A stretch of 64,000 nucleotides of DNA from Styela clava. Taxonomy: Eukaryota. Numbering within the stretch: position 1 is the stretch's first letter; each line of letters begins with the position of its first letter. A program made the translations under genes and the position numbers. Below the pieces are notes generated by a model that saw only the letters and a list, made by a program, of their open reading frames with translations, was not told where the DNA came from and did not search any database. Shown here in pieces: positions 12,324-25,600 of this stretch. Location of the stretch: positions 10,354,001-10,418,000 of the forward strand of contig NC_135260.1 of assembly GCF_964204865.1 (NCBI RefSeq). Direction: 5' to 3'.

Positions 12324-12557
12324 CGCGTCAACCCTCACCCTGAAGTGCTATTCTTCTACACGGCATTTGTATGTTACGCTTTTGGTGGAGAAATAAATTA
12401 CTGAATATCTAATTAAATCAATAGCGGCTAGTGACATTGTCAGGCCAGTCGGTTTCCATGGATTTATAAGTTTCCCCTTTTTTATATGAGATATATGATG
12501 GCCATCTGGTGGCGTAGTCGCATTGAATACTGATCGGGGAGATCCCCTGTTTGTTTA

Positions 12558-12571
12558 GTTACCATGGTGAC
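12558..12571 (+). promoter_or_regulatory. RFX X-box with adjacent forkhead-like site (copy 2), about 1.1 kb upstream of the TRP ATG
   Basis: Duplicate of 10599-10612. Confidence 0.55.
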
Positions 12572-13678
12572 GTTTTATAAACTTGTTTCAGTGCAGTTCG
12601 CCTAACGCACTGTACCAAACAAATATTAACAGTTGTATTCAACAATATCTCCAGTCAGACAAATAAATTATTTCAGAAAATTGTTCGGTATCATAAAGTT
12701 ACAAGTCGAATTTGCTGCTGTTTAAAATAGTGGGAGCCCAAATTGCATAGATAAAAAGTTTGAAATTCTTATGGAAAATAATGCAGGCTTGCAGTATTTT
12801 GTAGCAAAATGTCAATATTCCCACTTATAAAAGATATGCATCATCAAATCAAATACAGTATTAATTTTTACCTGGATTCAAGGAATTTCGAGAAAAAAGT
12901 TATTTCATCCATGACATGGATGTACATTGTATTCGAATTTAGCCGATAAATCCCTAGCCACTGGCAAAATCCCAATCGAATTTATATCACATTACTTTAA
13001 CACAGCAATGCATAAATATTTGTATAATATAAGTGATTGGGTCAGGAAAATATAGGCCCTATTGTTTTTGAAAAAATATTTGTCAAATGGTTGCATCTTT
13101 TTTTATTATCGAAACCTGGAATACCAAAACAATACAAGTCATGAAACGAAAAAATATTTTACTTATACAAATCATATTACAAAGACAGAATATAATAGAC
13201 AGATTACCATCCTTGAAAAAGTCTTGTTTTTAGGCCTGCTGAATTTTACAGTCATGCCGCCGAGAAAATATGTAGTACTAGAAAAAGATCCATCAGCAGA
13301 ATATTTTTCATACCTGTTTGGTAAAAAATTGTATATCAATCAATAATAAAATTCATAGTAAATGGTGAAAATGTTGACCTTAATATTAAGTTTTGTCCCT
13401 AAAAAATTTTACGCAATGCAACGCAAAGTATAGCATGAGGTTGTAAATAAGGGTGTGTGTGTGAGTTCTGTCTCCCAAGAGCATTTTAATTATCACGTAA
13501 GTTATTTCTGCCTGTAATGAGGTAATGTTGTGGACATTCCGCAATAGTGGTATATAACGATTTTTACATATTCAATATTATTTTAGATTGATTTACTTTG
13601 AAGAAAAATAATAGGTTAGCTTTTCGCCTGCGACTTTCTTACATTCATTCGAGGCAATGTTTGTTTAATGAAAACAGA

Positions 13679-16600
13679 ATGGCAAAAAGAGTTCACCCTG
13701 GTAAGTCTAAATTGCATATTATTCACATATTGTGACTAAGTTTTGAAGTTTTACAAAAATCTCATTTGAATATAATATGCTGAAAAAAGATAGCAATGGA
13801 ATCATGAAATTCATTTTCATAAAATATTCTGAAATGTCACGTCCGAAATAAGAGTTATTTTATTTTAAAAGGGTATTTAGTATTTACAAAATATTAATTT
13901 TAAAAATGGAAGAAAAAATAGCTATCGAACACACATCAAATGTTTATTTTTGTTCATTTAAAAAATCTTCTATCATATCAAACTTTATACAAAGAAAAAC
14001 AGTCACAAATAAATTCACCCACAATTTATCGTGATACAACATTATCAAAAAATTATGTCAGGGATTACCTAAGCTATGAGCTCTAGGTTAAACTATACAC
14101 TTTATATTTATATGTTGACTTATAAAGTAAATAACAGTCTTCCTTATATTGAGCTTACTTAAAATCTACTCTGAATTAATTCATTTTTTGTAGAATTGTA
14201 TTAACATAAAAACTATCGTACTTTTTCTTCAGAAGGACAAGAAAATGATGCGTTTGAGCATGAAGAAGCCTTTGGAGAAATGGATGTAAAAAAAGAAAAA
14301 AAGGTAAGCAGTTTATTTGGTGAAAAATGGTTGAAGCGCTAAACTCGACTATGATGGCATCGTAGGTTAAAATCTTGAGTACTGGTCCCATGTCCACGAC
14401 CTAAGCTGAGTGTAATAAATTGGATAATACCTACTGAACTGAGAATATTCTGCTCCTTCCAAATTAAAGTAGCTCAATACTGGTAGTGGCTGCTTGTGCA
14501 GAGCCTTGTTCAGAGCAAAAGTCATATAAATACATTGCATAGTACAAAATTGCTCATTCTTATCCATTTTATCATTTATATTTTTCATTTAATTCAGTTA
14601 ATAAATAACATCCGTTTAATATTTTCTTTATTTGTAGTTCTAATGAGTTTTATCACACCTCATTGTACTTGATCAATCAAGTTTACGATATGTGATATGT
14701 GATTGTAAATTAAAGAGTCATTTTTTTGCAGAATGGAAACAAAGTGAAACATACCACATTCCAAGATGTTGTCAATCTTGAACTACAAGCAAAAGCCGCA
14801 GGAAAAGAATGGCATCATTTCATTACGAGAAAAAGAAAATTTTTTCGAAAAGCTGATTCGGGTATGTGTGTGGATGCCTGTGCTAAATTAATCATTAAAA
14901 ATTGAAATTAATAAATACTGTGTCGTTTTTGAATCTCAAGAAAATTCCCTTCACAAGTACAATGATTGGACTTGAATAGAGTAGTCAGTGTTTCCCAAAC
15001 TGTGGGTCGCGACCAAGCGCGCAGCCAGGATTTTCAAAAGGGGGGGTTTCGTAATCATAAATTCCCATTGCGATCTGTAACAGTCTTCGCATTACGCGCT
15101 CGGTAAAGGGACGCCTTTTCAGCGTATAATGATTATTCTTGTCGCGTGAAATATTCAATCTCTGACAACTACAAAATTCTAAAATGTCTTTATATATTAG
15201 TTTAATTGTGTCCAACGTAACTCGCGGTTGCTTTTTCTTACGTCAAAATTAAAACATTAGTTCTCTGAAATGACACGGTGATCGGTGGACATAAAAACAT
15301 GAGATAAACGGTGTATTTAATTTTAATACGTATTTTTGGAATCTTGCCAACTCGTTATCGCCGTTAGAAAAATCTCAATAACTGATATAAAATACCGAAA
15401 AGTACAATTTTATTTCGTACAATGAAAATGCATATGAAGTATATCGTTAAATCAAAAATACATATTCATCGCCGCGATTACGCCACTTGTTAAAAGAGCC
15501 GACGTTTACAACGAAAAATGATTTTTCTGTTGTGCAAAGTAATCAATTCGTGACCGATAAGGGCATATTTAAAATGTCTTGCTTCATTAATTTAATTGTC
15601 TTCGATTTAACCAGCGTTTGCGTCGACAAAACAAAACAATTTTTTACAATTCACAATTTTAAAATACCTCGGCCATTTGCCGACATAAAAATAAAAATTT
15701 GTGGTAACTGCCCGTCGCCTATCATATATTGTTTTGATCCGTATTTTTTCTATTTTGCAAATTCGACAAATTTGAGATGTGCTTGTAACATTGACTCCGT
15801 TCAATCGCAATGCTGACACTCCGATTATTTTTAAAGCTAAAACCTCCTGAAAAATCCGTAAATCTGCTGTAAATTCTCATGGAGTAAAATTTATTTCAGT
15901 TCAATAAAAATTGATGGATATACTTCGGATTAATTATCTTATATATCATCACAAACCGGGAAAAAAATCGCGTTTTCAACCTTGTTTAATGATAACACGA
16001 AAATTTTCTACGACAATTTTAAAGTAATGGATAAAAGGCAAATCCCACCCACAATTAACCGTGTTTCGATTTTAGTGACGGTATGTTCCTAAACGGCGAC
16101 CAAACATAATGTGCGCCGTAGGCACACGAAATTTTGCGATTTTGCGACTAGAAAAGCGTTTTTAGACTGTCGCCGGGACTCAACAAAACTCATTGATTAC
16201 GGTTTTATTTTTAGTATTTTATAATGCCGCTTTTCAATCAAATTTAGATCGCGGTTTTACTCCTTCTTTTGTCTTTAGAACCTCGCCACCGATGAACGTA
16301 TAATAACTCACGAATTCACAATTCCGTGCAAAGTACAAAAATAAAATAACTATCATGTTTATCGTGGCACAAATTTATGATTTAGAAAGAATAAAAACCG
16401 ACGTAAGGGCCCGTGACCCCCATAATGAAGATATTTTGGGGTCGCCAACTTTTATTAAACATGTGCAAACATGTCACTAGAACTTGAAAGTGTAATTTGT
16501 GCTGGTTGGGTATTGTCAAATGCAATTGAATGATAGTGTTACGAGAGTCGATAACATTTTCCTATTTATAGCTTTTTTGCTGATGTTACATCCGATAGTT

Positions 16601-19600
16601 GACCCTATTCTTTATCTTCTCGTGAGTACCTGCAGGCTGAACCAGTGGTCCCAATTCCTTGTCTGCGAACCGAATTTTTGCCAGACTGCAGGAAATTGTC
16701 TTTTTTTATTTATTTTGCTACCAATGTGATCGCTCAGTTATGGAATACAAAGCAGCGTTGCTTTATTTGGCAATTGACCCTAAATTGAGTGTTTGACATA
16801 TATGTTAATATTGAATGTCGAGTAAGCACGCTTTTCAGATTTCTATCCGTTGCGAAAGCGTTTCGTTAATTCTGGGTCAATGTTCAACGTCCACGTAAAT
16901 GTAACAACTACGCACCAACCTTTACCAAACTTAGTCGATACACAGGTACATTGAGATAATGGACCTTTCCCCGACCTTTGACCCCCGAAAACTTCTCCCC
17001 ATACTTTACCATTGGAAATTTTTTCGGTGCTATTTTAAGAGTGCTTTTGCGAGTTGGTGCCTGTGAAATGGGGTATTTGTTTCAAACCATCATTATGATT
17101 CATCGCATACAACAATCTGTTTTTTAAAAGTACTGTTAAAGAATTTTAGCCTAGTCTATCACAGCTATTTCTACACTAATTTTTATTACTGCAATCAAAT
17201 TAAAACTCCTAGGAAGACAGGGTGACCATTGAATTATCTGATTTACATTTAAGTTTCCAAAACACAACTGAAAACTAACGAATAGAGTTCAAAAATGCGA
17301 AAACGAGGTAATGTTTACGACCACGCTTGAAAATCTGTCTGAGTGAGAAAAGTGTCTGAGCGGATGCGAAAAGGGAGCATTGTTTCGTCACTTTTTGCAA
17401 TTTGCTGATAGGCCAATGTCACGAAGTAAACAAGGAAGTCGATGCTCGGGGAAAGGTCCATTGAGGGGAATATATTGATTTTCAAAATTGTAGAACTTTT
17501 CTGGTTTTGGGGACTCCAGTATCTGTAGTCTGAACTGATCCCACACCTTCCATGATTCGGGGGTTGGGCCATGGGTCATCATATGATTAAGCTGTCTAGA
17601 TGGCTTTCCTCGTTCTCAGAATAAATATGTAATTCCTATTCTATTCTATCCAATTTAACTCATGTTTACACCAGTATTCTCGAAGTCACAGGGTCAAGTC
17701 ATGAGTTATTTAGTCCTCAAGTCAAGTTCGAGTCTTGAAGTCAATCAATCGATCTAATCTCCAACTTGAACCCCACATATCGTAGTCGTCACTGTCAATC
17801 ACAGTGATTTTAAAGAATTTTAACATTCCTAGATGTGAGTTCCATGCGTACTTATTCAAGACTGACGGCATTCCAAGAAAGAGAACTTGGACTTGACATT
17901 GAATCAGATGAGGATGATGGACAACTTCCAGCGAGTGCACCAAATGGGGCAATACCCTCAACTTCAAAACAAGGTATTTTATTTTTTCATCGATTTTTGT
18001 ATGTTTTTTATCAGATAGGATAGGATAAGATTTACATATTTATCTCGGGGGAAAGGAAAGCCGATAAGATGGCTTAACCATATGGCGAACCTCGGCCTTT
18101 CGTCCGGTTACCAGTCTATGTCGGGTATGGGATCAGTTTTGGTTATTTGTTTTTCGGAAGCAGGGACTTGATGGTGGAGGAATCCGTAACCGAGCAGCGG
18201 TTACATGAACCACCCTACGACGGCCCACCCTATGAGTCCAGCAATACTCTCGCACATAACTGCCCCGCATGATTATTCGAACCTGCGAACTCACACAGGG
18301 TAATCAGAGATGCGGTAGCGAGCGTATTCCTAACGCTTAGCACGATGAGCCACACCGCCGCGTCTATCGTGCGCAGTGTCACAGATATCTAGTCTGGTTT
18401 CTTCCCTTCCGGAGTAAAGGAATATACTCATAGAAACAGACATAAAATCAACATGTAGTACTTACTTAAAAAAGGCGCTTAAGATTGAAATTTTAAACTG
18501 CTTTCTGCTGTCCTCTTTATAGACGCAATAATCATTGGGAATCACAGAAATATTGATTTGTATCAAAAAATTGATAACAACTGTTGCCTGCATAGATGGG
18601 TTTCTGAAGATGTTTTTCAAAATTCTTGCGGTACTTAACGCCTCTAATATATATATACAATTTTATTTTATACTTATTAATGGTACTAAAAATTTTGATA
18701 TTTCAAAAACTGCTTATTTAGAAAGACTTGATAATAGGAAATGCATAATGTTGTGACTTTTTCCGTTATGTTATGTTGCTGTTGTCTGTGATTATGTATC
18801 ATAACGTTCATTCAAGTTCTGTATGTTCCCATATTCAAATACTTTAATATCATGTATCAAGAAATTAGAATATAATTTTAGTTCCTATTTCCAATTCACT
18901 TTAATGAATATTACCAAATTTTGAAAAGTTTATTGTATAAATATGGTAATTTTAATGATTATAAGATAATTATTCTTGAAAAACATTTTCTTAATATTTG
19001 TCTGGTGCAAAATACTTGTTTTGGTTACTTCTTTTAGTATTCTTTACCTTGTGTGATATCTACATGTAGGCTCTGTAAACACTTCCAATAATAAATAGAA
19101 CGACATAGGGTATTCATAATCTTCAGAATGCGTTCCAAAGCAAACATAGCGATTCATTGATGTTGTGATAGAATGTTTGGATAAGATGTTTACAAAGTTT
19201 CAACACTGTTAAACTTTGTTCAATGTTAAACTAACATAGAAACTCTCAAGCGTTTTTGCCATGTGAACGACCAAACTAAAGCGCTTTCAATTTTGTAATT
19301 CAATGTCCTTTATTTATTGGAATACTCTCCTCATATGGTTCTGAAAGAAAAGTTTTTGCTTGAGATTTCTATTGTTATATTTATTCATACGGATTAATCT
19401 TTGTTACTGTAAAGCTTCATACAATACAAATACTGCTGCCTCATAGCTGAAATATATATAATTATAACAGTAATAACGGTATTCAGGTACCATTATAGTC
19501 AGTCGCCTTTTATATTCATCAGGATAAAAAACCAAAATTGGCAGAAATGAAATTTCTGTAAACTTTTTAACTTTTCCGAATTAGGTATAAGCATCTATAT

Positions 19601-22600
19601 TGTGTTTTGACTGTTAAATTCCTTATCTGTCATTTATTTTGTTCTAGACTATTATCTTAAACACTCTAAACCATTACTTAATTATATTTTTATTAAAGGG
19701 TATTGCAGGCCATCTTTTTTTTTTCTATTTTCTATCAGACTTATGTTATTACTGATTGGAAGTAAGATATAAAATCTGAAAAAACATGGAATTGCAACCA
19801 ATTTCAAAATTAAATTTTTCATCCAACTTTAATAAATCTTTTTTCTTTCTTTCTACTTTTCAGTTGACAGAAGCAAAATAAGGTCATTGAATAAGAAGGT
19901 GATCGGTCATTTTGTATCACTCAATCAACTTCCACATGAAAGTGCAGAGGTAGGTGTGTCATCTTCACATATATTCAATCCAGAAGCGGAACTGTTAGTG
20001 GTACCTGGAATACAAAGAGCTACATTTATTTGCTATCTATTCCTTTTCTGAAGGACTAACTCCTTTTTCTATGCTTGTGTATCTGTATGTATATAATGAA
20101 AGAATGCTGTAGCTGCTGTGAAGATAACTATTTTATGTGATTCAAGAGCCTTGCTGTACATTTTTACAAATATATTTCTCTAACTTCTTTGCCTGACCAA
20201 TGTCAGAATTCTTCAGAATGAACTATATCTGAGAAAGTCTGACTTCGGTCAGACGAAACGTTATAGAAATATGTTTGTGTTAATTGTGCAGCAAGACTCT
20301 TGAATCACTCAGAATAATTATTTGTTCACATGACATTTGAACCAAATTTTGCAATTTAAGCTAACACATATTCCAAACCATGATATTTAGAAAACTAGAA
20401 TTTTGTTTGACACAATAAATCAATAAACTTACAATATTTAAACCACACACAAATTATGATTTACATTATGTAGATTCCATGTTTATGAAATCTTTTCAGG
20501 TAAATCTGGAGCTTTTATCATCATTATTTGCACAAGGAGCTGAGGCTAATTGCTGTGATAGATATGGACAAACGTTATTACACGAGGTAAGATTTCATAT
20601 TTTGTATATAATTTTATCTGCATTTTTTATCCGTTTTTTAGTTTCAACTGTCTACTTGATAAAATTATTCTGAACTAACGTATTTTTATCAAAGTTTAAA
20701 TTATTAATTTATAAATAATCATTAATATTTCATAGTAACGGTTGTCAAAAAAGTGATAAAATCATTCTGAAATTTCCATTTTTACATTATTTTGGGATGA
20801 AGCGAAAAAGTAATACCACTCTCGCTGAATTAGTATATACAGGGTGTCTCAAACGTAAGTATACCTTTTTAATTTTGAATTGCTTCTCAGGTACTTATCA
20901 TAGAGCGTTCATTTCTTCAGAAAACATAGTATGGATAAGTAGTAAAATTTAGGTATTTTTTGCATTTTTTTTATCAACCACAGAATGACAAGGAGAATAA
21001 ACCAAAAATGAGGTGCAAAATTGCTGTTTGGCAGGAAGCTTATGAATCAGTAGGGCAAATTCGCTCCTCTTTAACACAGAATTTGGAATTATTTGGCTCT
21101 GAATGTTTTCCTCAGAGCGGGCTCTCCTTGGTCTTCCTGATCTATGTGCGTCAACTACAGATCCAGTTTTCATAAATTTACGATGAATTGCATAAATTGT
21201 TCGGGTAGGAGCCAAATCAATTCCAAATTCTCTGTTAAAGAGGCGCTGAGTTGTCGGGTAGGAGCCAAATCAATTCCAAATTCTCTGTTAAAGAGGCGCT
21301 GAGTTTACCTCACTGGCACCACATTTCTTGGTTTAATCTCCTTGTCCTTCTGTGGGTTGATGAAAAATGCAAACAATACTAAAATTTTACTACTTATCCA
21401 TACTATGTTTGCTGAAGAAATAAAAGCCCTCTAATAAGTATCTGAAAAGCAAATCAAAATTAAAAGTCTATACTTACTTTTGAGACACCCTGTATATCGT
21501 GTATAAACATCATAAAAATAGTTACGGTAAATGCAATTTTTTATGCGATAAACAAGGCAAACTGCCTTTGCTGGGTAAGAACATACTATATTTTTTGAAA
21601 TTACTGTAATATAGTTTGGTATTGCACACCCAATTGATGACACCCTCGGTAAGACACTGGCGGTTTTCATACTGATTGAGTGCAAGGGATCAAATATGCT
21701 TGATCAAATTTAGGTTTGCTGATGCAGATTTAACAAATTCATCTGTTGTTTGTGACATTCCTTGTGTGAACATTCATATTAGCTCATGAACCTATCTCTA
21801 CTCATGTTTTGGTGCCTCTTTGGTATGCAATCTCAGCGGTTCTGTGATCTCAGTGATTTTAGTTGGGGATAGGAACTGAATTCCATGAGTCTTTATGAGA
21901 TTAAACGCATACGAAAGTGGCTCCACTTGTTATGAGATTGAGATCACGTTAAGCAAGTGGCAACCTCCTATTTTCCTTTTTCTAAAGGAAGTTCTGTTAA
22001 CTTTTATGCATTCTCTATTGTATGATATCCAGGTAGCAAGACTTTGGCATGTTGATGTTGCAGAGTTTCTCATTGCTAAAGGAGCTGATATCAATCGTTC
22101 TGATCGGTTTGTATCATTTTAAGTTATGCGAGTTGTGATCGAGAATATATTTATCTGTACCATCCAGAGAAAATGCATATGACCTATAATTACATTAGAA
22201 TTAAAGTGATTACTCTCCGGACAACATAATTCCATGTATGATTAAGCCATGTTATTGGCTTTCCCTCTTCCCCAAGATTAATATAAAAACCCTATTCCAT
22301 TTATTTATCCGAGAATCTTTAACATCGAATCCTTGAAATTCGAAAACAAAAGTGTTGAGAGTTGATATTTGGATATTCTGCCCCTTTTTGTCAGACACAA
22401 TACAAATATCTTTAATTGTGTGTTTTAAAATGAGTTATGAGAATCAAATTTAATTCAAGACAATTTTTTATAACATTCTCTTTACCCCAACTTTCAACTA
22501 GGCAACTTTTACTTTAGTAAGATACTATTTTTAGAAGAAACAGAATTATTTTCATATTAAATTTTACTTTTTTCTCAATTTTTACTTATGTAGCTCCTCT

Positions 22601-25600
22601 TATTTATAGATACGGTAGGACACCAATTCATGTTGCTGCGGCTACAGATTACCCAGAAATGATAGAATTTTTCGAAAAAAGTGGAGGTCAGTTATTATAA
22701 ACTAAAGATGTAAACAAGATTAATGTGGATTGTACTTTGTATATTACCAAGAAATATCACCCTTCTGACAATATCTAGATTTGTAATCTTCATGCAACGA
22801 ATCGGACTTATTATAGAAAATATGTTACTTATGCTTGGCGCCATTAGTATGCTCGGTGACGTTAGCCAACCATCATAATATTAATTACGATAGTTCGGGG
22901 GACATTTCAGTGCATATTGTTTGTTGCAACAATTTATAATGAGATATCCGTGTGTGGAACGGTGCAGTTTAGCTTAAGATTTCTTTATACAAATATATTT
23001 TATGTTATCATGATTGGACATAAAGGGGACCAATGGATTGTTTTTTTACGCCAACTAGGAGTACTTCTGTCGTGTTGTGAACATGGCCCATATTTTCCAT
23101 GTTAAAATGAAGTTTCATATATTTATCAGCTAATATTGAGGCAAGAACAGCAGAAGAATTGCAAACTCCGCTACATTTTGCTGCTCGGAATGACGCCGTC
23201 GATGCTTGTAAAATCCTTGTTAAACTTGGAGCAAAAGTTGAAACTTATGACTATCGACGAAGGACACCACTTCATACAGCTGCAGAACTAGGTTTGTAGG
23301 TTGTATAACATTTTGGGAGACCAATTTTCAAATTAACAACACTATACTTTTCTGTATTGTGTGCAATATGAATCCGAAATAATATACTTTCAAAAATTGT
23401 CAAATTGCATTTAAATAAATCAATATAACAGTGATGAACTGTGTTTTTTTATCTGTTTTCTATTGAAATTCCAAATAGAAATTGGTAGAAATTTATCTGA
23501 TGGTTTTTTTCAGTCATCTAACTTGACTTCTAGAAACAATACTTACCTAATTAATTTATTATCTATGACAGTGGTTCTCATCGGTGGTTCGTACCCCCAC
23601 AACGAAAATATTTAGGGAGAGGAAGACTTTTTATTTTAAATTTTGCAATTATGAGTTGTAAACAAATTCGAAAATGTATACCTTTGATGCTCTGGTTTGC
23701 AAAATTTAGCTAATTAATGGCAATCCTATACACTAGAACAGCGTTTCCCAAACTGTGTCCCAAACTGTGAGCATCTTCCGTGTGTTCCGTGGAAAAGGGA
23801 TCAAAATTCCTACTAAATTTGCCATGGCCATGTCGGGATTTAGGAGTTGTCGCCCGACGGGCGACCATTCAGTGTTGTGTTTTTGCGACGCATTTGGCAA
23901 CTCACCACGGCGCACAGGGACCGCGCCCCTTGGGAACCGCTGCATAACACTTTTCTTTATCAACTTTACCCTTTCGTTTTTTGGTGTTCCCCGAGGCGAG
24001 ATAAAAAGCGTAAGTGTTCCGTGACCAAAAAAAGTTTGGGAAACGCTGCACTAAAATACAGAGTGACACAATTTAATGCATAAGAATATAGGATAGGATT
24101 TACATATTTATTTCACGAGAGAAGAGTCGATAAGAGGGCTGAGTCATATAGTGAACCACGGCCTCATACAGTTACCAATCCATGTCGGGTATAGGATTAG
24201 TTAGAAAGGTATTTGTTTGGAATGCATGAACTTGATAGTGGAGGAATTTTACGTAATTTATGCAATCCTCTCGCACATGATTATCTCCCACAGGATTCGA
24301 ACCTGTAAACCCACCCAGGGTAATCAGATGTGCGGTAGCGAGTGTATTCCCTCCTAACGCTCAGCACGATGTGCCACACTGCTGAGCCAAAATGTTTGTT
24401 TTCTTCAAAGGAAAATTAATGTTATCATTTATTCAAGTTCAATAGCATATTTTCCAATGTTTCCGTGTTTTTTCCAATCTTATCGATACAAAGATAAATT
24501 TCTGGCAGATAAATTCTCATATCCTCCTCATTTGAAGCAATTTCTGTGTGCAGTTCTTCGCAAGGTTGGGAACCGCTGGTTTACGATATATCAGAATCCA
24601 TGTATGAATCAGTCTTTCTCAAGATAGTTTTATAAAATCCGATTTTTCAATTTATTTTTTGTTAGATCGCAGTGAGACAGCTAGATGGTTGGTGGAAAAT
24701 GGAGCAAATGTTGGAGTTACCGATGATTCTGGTTTGTCTTGCATGACGCACATGATAACAAAGATGGGGCCAGTGGTGAGTTGCTGTGAATGTTTTAAAT
24801 ATCAGAAGTTTATATTAGGGTATTGCATTGATTTTGAAACTTCTGGACTCCTAGCCATCATAGAGTTAATTTAATGGTTTGCTCGATAAGTGTCAGAGCA
24901 ATCACCACTTGATTATATTGGTTATATTGATACATCCTTGATTATACTCACTCGGCAATATGGTGCATCATGCTGAGCGTTAGAAATACGCTTGGTACTG
25001 CATTTTTGATTACCCTGCGTGCATTCACAGGTTCGAATCCTGTGAGAATAATTACGTGCGAGAGCGTTGCGGGACTCCCCCCTCCTTGCAGGGTGGTTCT
25101 AGTTTTTATTCTAGAGGTTTGACAATTAGGAGTTTGAAATATTGACTCCCAACTCTAAAGAATTCTATACTTTCGGTTCCAACCCCCGATAGTTCGAAAC
25201 TTTAGTTTAATATCTTTGTCATGATTAGAATTTTTATAATGTACGTCTCAGCAAAGTAAAAATTCAGTTTTGTCAAATCTCATACTCTTGTTCTTCATTT
25301 ATTTGACAGGCAAGAGATGCATTGGACACATTTCATAAAATGGATAGAACAAATAGAAGACAATATTTTCATCTGAATTTGCTGGAGCATGATATAACAG
25401 GTAAAATTCTAGATTATCATCGTTCATCTCACACGCAATGTCATTAAATTTTGCAATTTGTAGAGTCACACCGTGTGTGATAGATGTTGTCCTTCACAGT
25501 TGCAATTAACTATACCATGTTATTATCATACATGTAATAAACTTAGTTATACATGATACTTTTGAGCCATTATTAATTAAATTCAATTTATAATGTATTA

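Larger units (their letters stand above)
9107..13024. repeat. Tandem duplication, 2 x 1959 bp (9107-11065 and 11066-13024)
   Basis: The two copies read identically wherever compared, including a 36-T run in each (10329-10364, 12288-12323). TAA microhomology at the junctions. Confidence 0.95.
23569..24578. mobile_element. Old hAT MITE hosting two nested insertions
   Basis: CAGTGGTTCTCA ... GGGAACCGCTG termini with a diverged 8-bp TSD (ATCTATGA / GTTTACGA). Confidence 0.5.

Noticed and set aside
15487-16729. ORFs 15487-15816, 15607-15819 and 16499-16729
   Set aside because: They lie inside a transposon-derived intronic block and show no recognisable protein motif.
21201-21305. Direct repeats as a CRISPR-like array
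   Set aside because: Only two adjacent 53-bp units with no spacers, inside a mariner element in eukaryotic DNA.
23431-23499. GTGATGA ... CTGA as a C/D-box snoRNA
   Set aside because: No convincing terminal stem or rRNA-complementary guide; such motifs arise by chance in AT-rich introns.
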